From Balanoglossus misakiensis (taxonomy: Eukaryota > Animalia > Hemichordata), in the NCBI GenBank assembly GCA_040954595.2, contig CM082580.2, forward strand, positions 13,752,242 to 13,816,241: DNA of 64,000 nucleotides. The letters run 5' to 3'. The translations under genes and the position numbers were made by a program. The notes under the pieces are model-generated. The model made no database searches, was not told the origin of the DNA, and saw only the letters and a program-made list of their open reading frames with translations. Of this stretch, positions 51,301 to 64,000 are shown piece after piece; the stretch's first letter is position 1, and every line of letters begins with the position of its first letter.

Positions 51301-54300
51301 TTGTCAGAATTTACCAGTTGGCCACAAAATCTCACCTTCTTTGGTTACAACTGTTTTATTTGGGCAATTTAATGCTAAGTTTAATGTTTATCTGTTGGAC
51401 ATGACAGACAGTGACTATACAAACAACGTAACAGTTGTCTCAACTGTAGTGCGTATTTAGCCCACCTCTCACCTAGACCTCATCAACCCACAACTGTCAA
51501 CACCTCCAACCAACTTCAAACAAATGCAATTCAGATAACGGTGAAACCAACCAGTGATAATCTTTCATATTTGGTTGTTAGCATTTCACATCACTTTTCA
51601 TGTATAATGCAGACACATCTAATACTACGGAAGAAAGTTTCATTTTTTTCTCATTCAGGTTCAAAGAAAATAACATTTCCAACATAAATATTTGATAAAC
51701 TTATATAGTAACAATCAGAGAGAAAAATTTCTAATGGGAACTGGGACAATTTAAAGTTCGTTTGGCGTCAAAAGAGACTGCTTGGTCAGAAATAGGTCAC
51801 ATAGTAACCTTTCATCCATTGGTAATCAAGGCATATTTATCAAACGTTGGAATTATCAACAAAGCTGTCGGCTAGTCGACATTCAAACTGGCAAATGTAC
51901 AGACATTCTATGTTTTGTTTTCATTCCATTTCTATGATCCGTGCTAGTCTTGGTGTGATATTCTGATTCTGTTCTCAGGGGTTTTCTATTCGATGAAAAT
52001 CTGGATCTGCGAATCTGGATTCATTGCAGACTAACACTTCTTTAAATCTTTCCATCTGCAAATCTAAGATAAACCCTACATTCAGAGACTTTGCGTTCTG
52101 TGAGGAGGATAATCATTTTTCTAAAGTGCATGTGTCCTCAGCCTTTCCCTGTTGCCATAGTAACACCATTACAAATGGACTCCCTGAAAGTAACTATAAC
52201 GCCACAGGAGAAAAACGTGCACTTTTCCGAGTTCTCGTCTGATATTGGCAAGTCTCTGCCCTGTCCCCCAGGACAACAAAATCTGGCATACATTGTTTTA
52301 CAAGTTCTATTATAACAACAAAATAATAAGTGGACCAACCCCTGAGACGTCTGTCTGCATTCTGAACATGATACACTTGCCTTGCCTATGCAAGTGGACC
52401 AGGTCAAAGGTCTTCAGTTTGTCGTCACCTTGCTCTGAGAACTAAACCCTAAAATTTGAGCAGCTAACAATTTAGACTACAAAACGCAGATGGACCCCAT
52501 CCCTTCTATTGAAGAGCATGTGTGTCAAAAGTGAACAAGGTCGAGAATAGGCTCCTCTAACAAAAAGAACTTTGTGTACACACTTGTCAGTTATCAAAGA
52601 TAATCAGATGCCTGATAGCTGTTCCTCCTGATAGCAATTTACCCTATGTACAATCGATGCTAAAATCTTAGTATCGACAACCATTGATATCGCAAATACA
52701 CTGCTTGTTGCAAAGCGGCCCAACATTAAACAGTATATTAACCGTTACTAAATGTATGATGATTTTCTTTTTAGTTCTTATATTTGACAAAGGTTAATAT
52801 GCAATGCAATGCAACCCCTGGTTTAATTAATGTGCTAATCACTGGGTTGATCGTTTCGTGGGTCAAATACTGTATGCAGCAGATTTTTGACAGGAATCAA
52901 TCCTGGCACCAGTTAATACCCAGTATACCCCCAAGGGAAGAGATCTGACTTGGCCTTGTGGAAACAGTGGACACACCCAACTATTTCCATTACACCCTGC
53001 ATTAAAGAAAGGATTAAAGGAACAACACCCCCCGCCACATAATGCTGATGTGTCGGGTTTTTTTAATTGCATGTATGCTACGAAGAATTTTCCGAACTAT
53101 TTTTCATCTGAACTTACCTACACTTGCACTGGCAAAAGTTTTCTGTATTTTCAAGTGAATCTTCAAATTCTGATACACATTCACACATTTATCGCCTGTT
53201 CCTGAGATGTCAACTTCCCTTTAAAATTCACATCCATCTTTTTCCAAAATGGTTTCCTCTGAAATTAGTCCTTGTCAGGAAAATCCAACTCAAATAATGC
53301 ACGAAAAGTATTATTTGCCAGTTGTCTTTTTCAACCATCCACCCACACATCACGAACTCCCACTGAGTAAAACATAGCCAATTTGTTGGGTTTTTTGGAC
53401 AATTTGTTTCCAAGAATTAGTGTAAAAAATATCCGGGCTGCATTTACAAGATTCGTGAGTTTCTGATGATCCCCTGCTGAGATGTCACCCACTTCTTTCA
53501 CAGAATATGGTTGGACGGATGCGGAGAAAGTAAAAGCAACATCTTGTGATTTGATAAAGCACCTTCTTAGACTCATCTTGCCTTACACATAATTGTCACA
53601 CCACCATTTCCTTGACAAGAACAATTTTCAATCCAAGCCACACTTCCTGAGCCAGGACTTGAGGAAATCTCATACTTAGACAAAAAGACCATAGTTGCAT
53701 TCACTACTCAAAAAGCTTGCCCAGGGACACAGATATTCGCCGGCAGGGTGGACAATGTATTTACAAGAGCCGCGAACAGCTAAGAGGATATTACACAAAT
53801 GTAAATTTTCAATGCTGATTAAACTGGCAACCAACATGTAATGTGATCTGAAGTGGTCAGTTAAGAATTTTTCTTTGAGAAGAAACAGCAGAGTAGGCGT
53901 TAACAATCTGACAGTTGAAAGCAGGTATGCCAAGGGAACAGGTGCTTGGTATGCCGAGATATCCACTTGGAAGCGTGAGGTCAACGAACTTTTAGAACCA
54001 CAAGTGAGACTTGCCAACTAGATACTACTCTGTAACAAGTGGAATTGGCTTGTCTTGTTCACTCAGCAGTTGACACATTTATTTCATTCATTTATTCTTA
54101 TTTGAGATGTTATCCTCCACTCTAGCCTCTCATTGGTGCTGAGAATTAACTCAACTGCTCTATAGTGACCCCTGCAACCCATAGATTCTCAGTTCTGGTG
54201 ACAACTTTATTTATGTCTGCATGTGTCTGTGTGTGATGTGCACAACACAGCCACATTTGTGCATGAATGTTATTCCTTGTAAATCCTAGTAACAACTCTA

Positions 54301-57300
54301 CCTATACAATGTTGTATATCCGAAATTTGTGGATGGTATTTGCATATTCTTAAACCAATCAGGAGCCATTCTCTCTGTTTAACCATAGAGGGCACTCTTG
54401 GAAATTCTAATATTTGCTTTGTCCCAGGTTTTGTTGGACCACTCCGTTCTTCAGCTTGAAGGCTAAAACAATTTCATTCTCTCATTCTTCCCTTCCTTCC
54501 TCCATTTATTCATTCATTCACATATTCATTCATTTACATACAGGATTCATAATCATCACATGACATTGTGCTAATCCGTTCTTTCTGGTTTCATTCCGGG
54601 ATCACATTTCATAATTCCATAAATATTGCTGCGCCAGAAAATTATCCTGGCTGGCTAAAAAGCACTTCAGTCTGCAATAAAGTCTGCATGCTACAAAACG
54701 TCCTTGTACAATAAATCCACCCTCTGTCTGACCTTGCACATTGGATTTTCACACGCTTAAGGGGCAAAAACCACCCGTGAAGCACCATGATGCAATGTTC
54801 AGTGTTGGAGTGTGTGGTGTGTGGTGACCTCTGGCCATCAGCTTGCGAGTTCAACACTTGGCTAGACCAAGTAAAGGCAGACCAGATACAACATACGCTA
54901 CATACAACACTGTGACAGTTACCTGACCTTCAAGCACCCTCAGACAAACTTTGCTATTTAGTGATCTAATTTTGGAGACTAGTCAGCCTCCACACCTCTA
55001 ACATGCATACCACCCTCAAGCATGCCAATGTCTGCACATTTATTTCTTGTGGGCTACCAGCTACCAGTACACTTTATTTTTGCCGGAATTTATTTTCACT
55101 GCAAACAAAACTTATTTGTTTTACCAAAGCACTTTGTCTCTAACTGTACACATTACAGTGTCAACAAAATTTCATTTCACAAGAATTTCAGACCTGGCTT
55201 GGAGGAAAAAAGCTCTTAGCTAAAACAGCAAAATAAATAGTTGTACAAAATGAATGATATCCTATCACCAGCTCACACAAACATGTACACAGTCAGCGAA
55301 ATGTCCCTCATGACTAATACATGGAGAAACTTCCTTCAGATTTTTAGGACATGAATCTGCTCCGAGCAAAAATAAACTGTTCTCATCCTAACAAGAAACC
55401 ATCAATAATGGGGTTCAGACTACAAAGTTTATGGCCGTGTAGCACTGGTGCAGGGCCTTGGCCGGTGTAAGATTTTCACTTTCTGATGTTAAAAGACCCT
55501 CTATATTAACCACACACTTCTTCAAACCAAGCAATACTCAGTATATAATGACAAATAAGGAATCTTATTGTTGTTTTTTAATCTGACAACTCACAACTAT
55601 GCAACAGCAAGGATCGTATTGTTAGGGACCATCAATATATGCAAGATGGGACACTAGGTTGTAAGCGTCACGCACCATTGGAGATGAATGTCACCTGGTC
55701 AGATTCAATGACACTGTCAATGTTTGCACTCTGCACATAATAATAGAAATCATGAAATGGCGCTCGGTGACCCACTTACCGATAAGCTGACTCTTTAAGA
55801 GGACTTTTTTCAAGACATACTGCACATCTACATATTTCCCACTGTGTGATCGAACATGATACATACAGACATTATGTTAAATTTTATGGCTAAAATTAAA
55901 TTGCACTTTATGTAATAATTGACCTTTGTTTTCCAAAGCAGAACGAAAATATCATGTTTACCAAGTACAGCATATTCTTTGATATAGTTGTCAGCATCAT
56001 CGCCACTACTTTCCACAGCTTTCTGAAGACTTTCAGAGACTGTTCCACTATGGTGACTGTGTATATTTAGCATGAAAGGGGCAGTAACTAAACCATCAGT
56101 GTTTGTTTATCTCTGTTTCCCTTTTTCTTCCAGAGTGAAAACTGACCTCTCTTTCTACAAGCACCTTTGCTGCGTAAACCACCCTTCTTGAGGCACATAC
56201 CATTTCAGGTGCACGCCACTCTAGCCAAGCTCTGAAATTCAACACCGTCTAAAAAGGACAAAATTCAGGCACACAGGCTGTGTTACTGTTGGAAAGATCT
56301 CGCGACAATCTCTCTGTCTTATAACCGTGCACTTTCCTGGAGTCTCAAATTCCAGAGAATCACTCTCTTCACTGCATTAACCTGTCACCCCGTTGGCACT
56401 GTTGCTCTTATTGAAACTAAGGCATTTTTTTTTCAACAGACCAGCTGAAGCCAACAAAACTGACAAATAGCAGTAATCTGACTTATACATAGTATTTATC
56501 CCTGATGTACTGTAATATATAGCACTGTCTGTTTCGGCAAGACTTGTTACCCTTTTGGTAAACGAACCAAGCCTGATCAGGTGCACTGTAGTGTGCACAC
56601 ATATATTCACGATGCGCCTATAACAGTCGTCATATCCGAATACAACATATTGGTTTGCCAGGAGGCTTCACCCTTGATAAATATGCAGACGTATGAATGA
56701 TCAGAATTACAAATTCTGATCATACACGTTCTGAGAGAGACAATTTCTCGATGCAGACATCTCAGAATCCATTTCATCACAGATACTAAAATTACCGAAG
56801 GTCTTTACTACAACGATAAACAACACTACCATGAAATGTTCTTTGAAATCACAATTAGCCTTGGTCCAGTTTGAATATTCAGTAACCATGGCAATTAGAT
56901 GATGCACTCTGGTGAAAATTAACAATCCATGAGGGCTCTATAAACATGCATGATCTGCCTGAAGAAACTCAAACAAAATTGTTCAAAAGATGAACTTTAT
57001 TCCAAAGAATGGTATCACGCAAAGGCATTTGAGCATTTCGGGATGTGATCTGAAGACTATGCATTGTATAACTGACATACACAACAAACACCAAGAGAGA
57101 GAGTGGGAGGAGAGAATCCTAATAAACCAAATTCCTTCCTTTTATCCAAATCCCCATAGCAACACTGTTCTCTTCAACACATGACCTTGCCACTTGTGTG
57201 AATAACAATACGGACTGTGTCTGACGATTATTTCTGGACAATGTCTACTTTCAATACAGCTAAGGTGGGCCAGTGGGATTGCTCAACAAAAAAAGCATGG

Positions 57301-58394
57301 TCATTTTTTTCCCCTCACGGGTGGCCGAGTATCTGTGTAGAGGCAAAACTGGGCTGGTTACACAAGGGTTTAATCAGGCACTGGTCCATGAATGAGAGGG
57401 CTGTGTCTGAAACTAGATTTGTTCTATTTCACCATCAGAGGAATGTGAAATCAAGTTGGTTATAGACCAGTTGGATGACAGAGCAGTGGGTTCAAGTCAA
57501 GACTTCATTAAAGGGACAAAATTGTCCACTTTTGACATTATTTTGGTTATTAAAATTGAAGGAGGACAACAGCCAATCATATGCAAGCAATAGTTTCAAA
57601 ATGACAGCCCGGCCAATCAGAATGAGGCCACACAAGCACCATCCAGATTGTTGTAGGCTGAGACAGTCATGTCACATGATATTAAGAAAAAAGTGAGATT
57701 ACACTTCAAATGGTGAAACCACTGCTAGCTTGAGTGCTGTCATACTGCTTCATAGCATGGTTTGAGTTGGAATTTTTCCATGTCTGCACTTTTTAATACA
57801 GTAGACCCCATAGACCCCCACTGACAGCGTTCGGTTTATCATCAACTGTGATCGACTTTAGGGTGTAACTTAGCAAGGGCTTCATTGTAGGGAGGGGGGG
57901 TCTACTGTATTTCAAATGCACACTTGGAATTCCTGCTCAAAATTCGATCACATGATTCACAAGTTCGTCATAAATTGCGCAATCCACTGGATATGCAAAA
58001 CAAATACCCGCTTTTCCTCAATTTTTGAATGTTCATTGCAATATTATAATGATGCACGAATGCCAGGTATTGCCATGGTTACTTGTTCAGGTTGCCCCAG
58101 CTGCAATGTGTTATTTTCTTTTTCACAGCTGGGACAAGACGGCGTTTTACGCGGCCAACAAGACCACGCATGTACGTGCATAGTTCGACTTACGGTAGTC
58201 TGGGTGTAAGCACCATAGGCTGGTCCAGGTTGATGAGGACTTGGATAACGTGCTGCAGGAGGGGCTCGTGTCTGGAAACCCAGTTGCGCCCATCCACCAG
58301 AGGCTGGATGCGCTTGCCAAGCTGACGGTGGTGCCTGTGGTGACATGTTACGTTTGCTGCTTACGTACGGCGCCCTCTGTTGGCTCGGCTGTGG
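24356..58394 (-). CDS. RBMS1: RBMS1/2/3 (MSSP; Drosophila shep) family single-stranded nucleic-acid-binding protein with two RRMs; the 5'-most exon probably lies beyond the right edge
   Basis: Exons 58394-58194 (or alternative first exon 50816-50778), 33041-32878, 29120-29062, 28795-28704, 28268-28108, [27499-27438 OR 27358-27297], 26239-26089, 25868-25712, 25433-25248 and 24484-24356 (stop). All GT-AG and phase-consistent. Family signatures: [87 protein letters not shown]. The isoform starting at 50816 is 399 aa. Confidence 0.95.
24822..25218. mobile_element. Non-autonomous DNA transposon (MITE), 397 bp, with 131-bp terminal inverted repeats and a 9-bp target-site duplication
   Basis: TIRs at 24822-24952 and 25088-25218 differ at only 2 positions; termini TAGTCT...AGACTA. 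TSD GAAGCAAGC at 24813-24821 and 25219-25227; the boundary can slide by 1 nt. TAG termini with a 9-bp TSD fit AcademH-type elements; Mutator-like is the alternative (inference). Confidence 0.92.
27297..27358 (-). CDS. RBMS1: RBMS mutually exclusive exon B ((R)[20 protein letters not shown](G))
   Basis: Acceptor ccctttcatgtag|, donor GAG|gtgagc. 62 nt, phase 2 to phase 1, paralogous to exon A. Confidence 0.88.
27438..27499 (-). CDS. RBMS1: RBMS mutually exclusive exon A ((R)[20 protein letters not shown](G))
   Basis: Acceptor tctctctccccccag|, donor CAG|gtgagg. 62 nt, phase 2 to phase 1. Confidence 0.9.
30293..30492. repeat. Two-copy diverged ~120-bp tandem duplication within TCCA/TCTA-type low-complexity DNA
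   Basis: tcagtactctgtc.atctaccaaa...agtcaatcta...aacctccagc...tatctgtaattaatc occurs at ~30293 and ~30413. Confidence 0.7.
30770..30914. repeat. Polypyrimidine (CT-rich) tract of about 145 bp
   Basis: Almost purely C/T on the plus strand. Confidence 0.8.
50212..50304. mobile_element. Short piggyBac-like MITE remnant (TTAA-CCCTTTCACC...GGTGAAAAGG-TTGA)
   Basis: TTAA plus a CCCT terminus and an imperfect TIR. Related decayed copy at 4547-4627 (shared aatggatttggac..aaccat core); possible partial copies at ~1617-1680 and ~11800-11838. Confidence 0.55.
50778..50816 (-). CDS. RBMS1: RBMS internal alternative first coding exon ([13 protein letters not shown])
   Basis: ccATG at 50816, 13 codons, donor CAG|gtatgg in phase 0, in frame with exon 33041. 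Leader-like sequence and a CCAAT (~51159-51163) lie upstream. Confidence 0.6.
58194..58394 (-). CDS. RBMS1: RBMS upstream internal exon, Pro/Ala/Gln-rich ([10 protein letters not shown]...[13 protein letters not shown])
   Basis: Acceptor tttgcttcctttcacag|, donor ACC|gtaagt. 201 nt, phase 0 to phase 0, in frame with exon 33041. PAYGAYT resembles the N-terminal PAYAAYT of insect shep (from memory). Confidence 0.8.
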
Positions 58395-61300
58395 CTGTGA
58401 AAGGAAGCAAAAAAAACGAGAAAAAAGTTGAATTGTCGTACGCTCAGAAAAAAAGTCAACTGAACTGGTTGTAGGCTGTTTTAGTGGCTGTTCATCTCAG
58501 CTCAACCGACTGGACCAGGTGGCAACCATCACTGAAAATCAAACCACATATTTTGCATGACACGCACACTTGACACCACAATGAAAGCAGGAAATTCACT
58601 TTCCCTGACATTTCCGGGTTGTATTTATCGGAAACCACAGACGCAGGATACCTGTAACAAACACCAAATTATTTCCACACACATACATGATGCGCTTGTA
58701 AAATGAAACGCCACTGACTGAGATCAACTCATAATACACCCATTGCGAATCTCACAGACGCACTATCTTCAATGTATACCGGAAGTGCAGTGTTTGGAAA
58801 TGTCGCTCCTGAAATACCATTCTCTGTTTGGTTTAGAAACTTCAGTAGATCATCTGTTTGTGATACGGCAGATGAAACCAGAAAATGTTCGGCCGAGCAA
58901 AGTCTGGAGTGTGGAAAGTAGTTCATATGGTGCCTGTCAGTATAACGCTGGCGGGTATTATACGATTTTCAGAGTCAATTTAAGCAATTGAAGAAACATC
59001 TTCAGATTGATTCTCCATCTTTACATGTGATATGAACAATTTTCTTTCATCATTTGTTAGTTTATACAAAGTTCATCATATTGGCTTACAAGTTTCACTG
59101 CAGTTTGATTTCAATTAACCTTTGGTCTATAGCTAAGTACTAACTTCCATGACTGTTTTATTCAGTAATCACCACAGAAAAGTCAAACTAACAATCTGAT
59201 TACAGGAAATGGATAATTCACAGCTACAGATTATACCAGGGATATGTCACATATGTTAAGGTGTACACTTTGTAATTCTCTGTACCATCAAAACTTTTAG
59301 GGGCTCAAATCACATTGCATTGTGGGTAAGATGACGCCAACTCTGCAGTAGGTAAAATGCTTACACTGATCCAACTTTATTTATCGTGTAAAATGATTAC
59401 TAACTCCATTTGGACTGAAGGTGGACCATGCCAAGTATTTTGTTGGAGTCCCTAAGAAACAAAGCAATGTACAGAGAGAAGTCTCAACAAGATTAACAAA
59501 GGTGCAATTTATAAGTGAAACAAATTCAATTGACCAGTCAGCACTGTTGATATGGGAACGCCATATCACTATATGGGTCAGAGGTCAAGAGATTTGCCCT
59601 CTCGCAAGGGTCACTTACTTTCAAAAAAAGTTTTAAAGTAGGGTGCAGTCAATCTATCTTTACAACTTGTCTTTTTGGTAACTTACAACCTAATAGGAAC
59701 CTGCTATCTTATGAGACCCAGTTACATGGGTATGCAACAACAGGTGACTTTCTCTTATCGACCAAAAGCAAACAGCGCAAACAAAACAACCTTGTCTTCA
59801 TTCTGTGTTTGCAGTGTTTTACACTTTCCAAACATGGGAACACTCTCATGTAAAAGTTCTAAAAGCACTTCTCAAGGCATGATACAATGAGTCCACGCCA
59901 TTACACTATGCAGGATTAAAATCTTAACTTCTTCAAACTTTTCACTTAAAATCTGATGTTCCAATAACTAATGCCCAAAACTCATCGTCTTAATACAACT
60001 GTCTTTCCCTAAAAGTTTCAACCAATCACAGTCTCTAAGTAAACAAACTCCACTAAAATTTCAGCTGTGTGAAATCAACAAATTTTTTTAATTGACATGA
60101 ACAGAACAGGCAGTGACGAATTATACGGAGGTCCATTTAATTCAGACTTATTTATTGGCCAGATAATATTTTATAGGCAGGGCTGTCCAGGTCAGATGTT
60201 TTGGGCCCTGTTGAACTTTGGACTGGTTTCTGCAAAGGAGCTCTCCGACTGGGACTGGGAGCCGTTTCTTTATGGATCATTAAACGGAGAAAATTTACAA
60301 AAGGGTGTCAGTAGCTAAATAGTTTCTGCGACTGCCTGCATACAAACACTGGGAGAGAAAAGCCTACAATCTGACGGGGCCAGACAACGAATAAATGAAT
60401 TGAAGAAACATGTCTCAAATCGATAAGGAACACACTTCAAATTAGTTTACCCTACTTGGTATTCAGATTCTTATGTGACCTCATTTCAAATCTCTTTTGT
60501 ATTTTTTGGACCAGAATCTGTGTATTAGCATATTTGCCTTGCAGGCACCCAGCCAATAATCTGAGTCTTTTTACATCTTGAGATGAGGCAGTGCAGTTCA
60601 AACACTGAATTCCACTCGTGCATTGGCAGACGCACTAAGCTTATGAAGTCCAACCCTGATGATTTTTTTTCCGGCACGTTATCAGCAAACGGATGGTTCC
60701 GCTTCAGAAATCTAGATTTCTCTGTAAACACTTCCAGAGAAGTTTAAACAACGGAAGATATGGCTGGAGTTGTGTGGAAGTTGATTCCAAATACTTCTCA
60801 GAGTGTCTTCTTGATAAAGAGTGACGTATATAAAACATCCGCAAAGACTAATGACTAGTCGTGTTCACACATATGCATTTTGTTTGCCACTTTACATTGG
60901 CATCATTGATTTTTCTGAGCTGAGCCTGACATACACTGTCCAATGTGAACCCCATTACTGCTATATGACTTGAATAACCTTGACTGGTCTTCAAATGGTG
61001 AGATCAATTTGTCGAAAGCTAGGGCTATCTTTACTTCTTCTTTTGGTTTTGTTAAATTTTTCCTCTGTATTATAATGATTATTCCTATCATTTCTTTATT
61101 CATGATGCAAAATAAGGCAAAAGGTGACGATGGATTAGAGAGAGGGAGCGAGTGAGTGTTTGTGAAGAACTCTACGGCTGATACTATGAAGGTAACCATG
61201 ACGACTGCCTCTGAAATGATTGTCCATTCTCCAGAGCAATTTTGGGAAGTCATGGGTGAAATTAACAAACCCATTCTCTCTGCTTTCAATCTGTAACACG

Positions 61301-64000
61301 TTCTTTCCAATTATCTATTTAACTACACATTGACGTCAAGACCTTGTGACAAATCCATTTATGCAACTTCAGAATTCCAGTTATTCTACTCTACCTCCCC
61401 GCCCCACAAATTGTTTACACATTGCAAGTTAAATCGCTACCTTCAAAAGTAGATGGTATTCTTCAGATTGTGTCCTCCGATCAGTGCACTTCATATCATT
61501 TCAATGATGCGACTGAACATTCTAATTCTGCAAACATTACCCATCTTTCAAACTGCAACAACCCTTTGCAACCTAGCAACCAGTGGTGACCTATGACATA
61601 AGTCGGAAGTTTCCATCCAGGCCCACTTCTAAGGGCTCACTTCCTCGCAAAGAAAGAGGAAGGGTTTGCAAGATTGCAGAGTGTGTCTGCGGAATAATGA
61701 AACTTTAGAAGGCGAGTTTCCTTTTTGATTGCGCTGCCCTTTATATGTCGTATTATAGAAGAAATCTATACCTGATAATGTCTTTGATTTGCTGAGTATT
61801 GAAAAATTTATACTCTTGCTACAAAGTAGTCACACGGAAGTTATCCGTGATCTCTGTAAATTTTTGTATAATGCTTTCCTTCATGAAAAGAACTGGTGAT
61901 ACTTATGTTTATTACAAGCACCTGTTTCTGTGATATATTATTGTGTATTGTTATCAAATTGGGCACAAACGGTCAGCCAATGGCCAACAGTGTGAATTAA
62001 TAAAGATTAATAAGATAAATACAAAATATTTTTTCCAGACCGTTGACAACTAGACATACTATGATGAAAACAGTAATTTGAAATTCAATCATCTGCAAAA
62101 CCTCACTGGTTTTATGTTTGGGAACACAGCTGTTTTTATTACAGATTATTTGTATCGGCAACTTGGTATTTTTAAAGAGGAGAGGAAATGGTAAACCACT
62201 TGACACTTTTTATGCATCTGAGACGACACTGGAGACAGGAACTGATGAACACCACCAGGCCAGGAGTGAGAGTTTATCAGCATTAAGACTCAGAGAGTTT
62301 TGCACTGGGTTTGAACATGTGAAGGGGTGGTGACCTAGAGTGACACCGTCAATGTCTCTTCAACCATCAACAGAGAAGTGATGAAGAGACTGGCAACGAC
62401 ACCATGTTGCCAATGATGGTAGCTCCTGAAATAGATAGGCATTCACCCTAAACTCTACCACCTTTTACTGGTGGTGGTGGTGGTAATGGTGATGGTGGAG
62501 GGGAGGGGGATCTGATGGTGGATCAACAAGCCCTCACAACCTGTCAATTAATATCATTTTATCAATAAAATGACTATCTATCCATTCCTATATAAATTAA
62601 TGATAGTTATATCTTTTTATTGGTTAAAAGTGGTTAAATGGAGGTCAGTAACATCATGCATATAATAAACAGTGATTATTTACATTTCTGGCTCTCCTGT
62701 TTTTATCCATTATTTTTTAATTTGGTGAGAGGTTTTGAGCAGAAAGCAGGCAAAGATAAAAGTGGACCACTATACCTGCTTGGAAGAAGAATAAGAAGAA
62801 GCATAGGAGGTAGGCTTGGACGAATGCTTGCTACTTGACGGAGGAACTTTACTAGTAGGAGGCAGCCGCTATAAAACAAAGAAAGTAAAATAATAACAAT
62901 TCAATTCATAAGCAAAAAGAAAATGTGGATAACGTAAACAAAACTAGACAGAAGCAGCAGACAGTGGAAGGAGACTGGCAGAGATGGGGGTGGGGGTGGG
63001 TGTCTCGACTGGAGACACCCAACAGGGAATGACTTAGTCAGAGAGGAATTATTGCATGAAAGCTACTCAAAGGATGGCATGTTGATAAAGACATCAAAGC
63101 CAATACTTTATGGTAACTGCCATAATCTGAAAATGGATGAAAATGCAGTCGGACCACATGACAGGTAGTGTATTTTTCATATTCTTAGTTCACATTAGAC
63201 ACAAACAAACCTGTACTTCTTTCCAATTTGAGGATAGAGTACATGTACATGGATCTGAAAATATTATAAAGGCCATTATTGTTTAAATCGTATTGAATTA
63301 TCTTCAAATCTCCATTTCAATTTCTGAAACCCTAAATCCAGCTAGATGTATACATCCTCAGCAAGTCTAGACTACCAACATGCAGTGGATATTTTGTGTG
63401 ATGTCTTGGGTATGATCAAATGGCAATAAGTGGCAGGAACATTAAACTGCTTGAAAGAAAAGACATATTATCATTTCATTTGACCTTAATGATGTTCTTT
63501 AAAGGTTATCTTCTCAAGTTACTTTGAATGATGAGAGAGCAGGTATCAGAGATCCTATATGCCATTTCCGATTAACAGTAATTCTACCTGGCAAATTTAA
63601 TACACGATAATTATATACACTTTAATGATGTTGATACACTCTCTTGAAAGAATTTCAGAATACAGAACAATGCCTTTGAAAATGTTGCCTTCTCATCTAA
63701 CAATGCAGTTCCTATAATTTTACTTTCATTTTCTGTTTTCCTTTTTATTTCATAAATGTATGACATTTCACAATCTTCAATGTTCATGTGCTTGAGCATC
63801 ACAACTACAATCCCAGGATGCATTGCTCACAAGGTCCAACCAACATCAAAGGTCACCCAGTGGCTTGGAGAAGTCTCAGTAACCTAGACCCAAAACACAT
63901 GAAGCAACCATCATCTCTCATACGTTTTGTTTTTGGTATGGGGGAGGGGGTGTATAGTGATACCTGCAACACAGACAGGTGTCAGCACAGCTGTACTGTC

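Noticed and set aside
53118-53200. Strong-looking minus-strand donor TAG|gtaagt in the large RBMS intron
   Set aside because: Phase 0 ends in a stop and there is no supporting promoter signal. It could be a non-coding exon but is unsupported.
33100-64000. Many 60-135 aa ORFs in the large RBMS introns
   Set aside because: No domain motifs, no transposase or RT signatures and no consistent splice phases; expected by chance.

Overview
Intron-rich, AT-rich animal genomic DNA. It looks like a non-vertebrate deuterostome, but that taxon call is inference only. The ORF track is mostly noise, so I rebuilt the genes by hand from GT-AG junctions and reading-frame continuity. (1) The 5' part of an unidentified minus-strand gene that runs off the left edge, with several frame-compatible alternative first exons (440-503, 6662-6691, 8169-8180) and a Ser/Thr/Asn-rich exon (2610-2940). 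(2) A complete 9-exon MINDY1/2 (FAM63) deubiquitinase on + (8777-13424, 544 aa) with catalytic Cys/His motifs, two MIU motifs, polyQ and a CaaX end. (3) A complete 4-exon MPV17L-like gene on - (18209-16598). (4) An RBMS1/2/3 (shep/MSSP) two-RRM gene on -, spanning at least 58394 to about 19440, with a 25-kb intron, an internal alternative first exon and a ~4.4-kb 3'UTR. The most notable signals are in RBMS: two tandem-duplicated 62-nt exons that must be mutually exclusive and swap the end of RRM2, followed by a UGCAUG cluster; a TGA-ATG stop/start whose frame stays open across the 3'UTR intron; and a young 397-bp MITE with 131-bp inverted repeats about 30 nt from a splice donor. An orphan promoter and donor at ~15840-16050 suggest MINDY is nested in an antisense intron. 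No prokaryotic-type systems, rRNA, tRNA or CRISPR arrays were seen.
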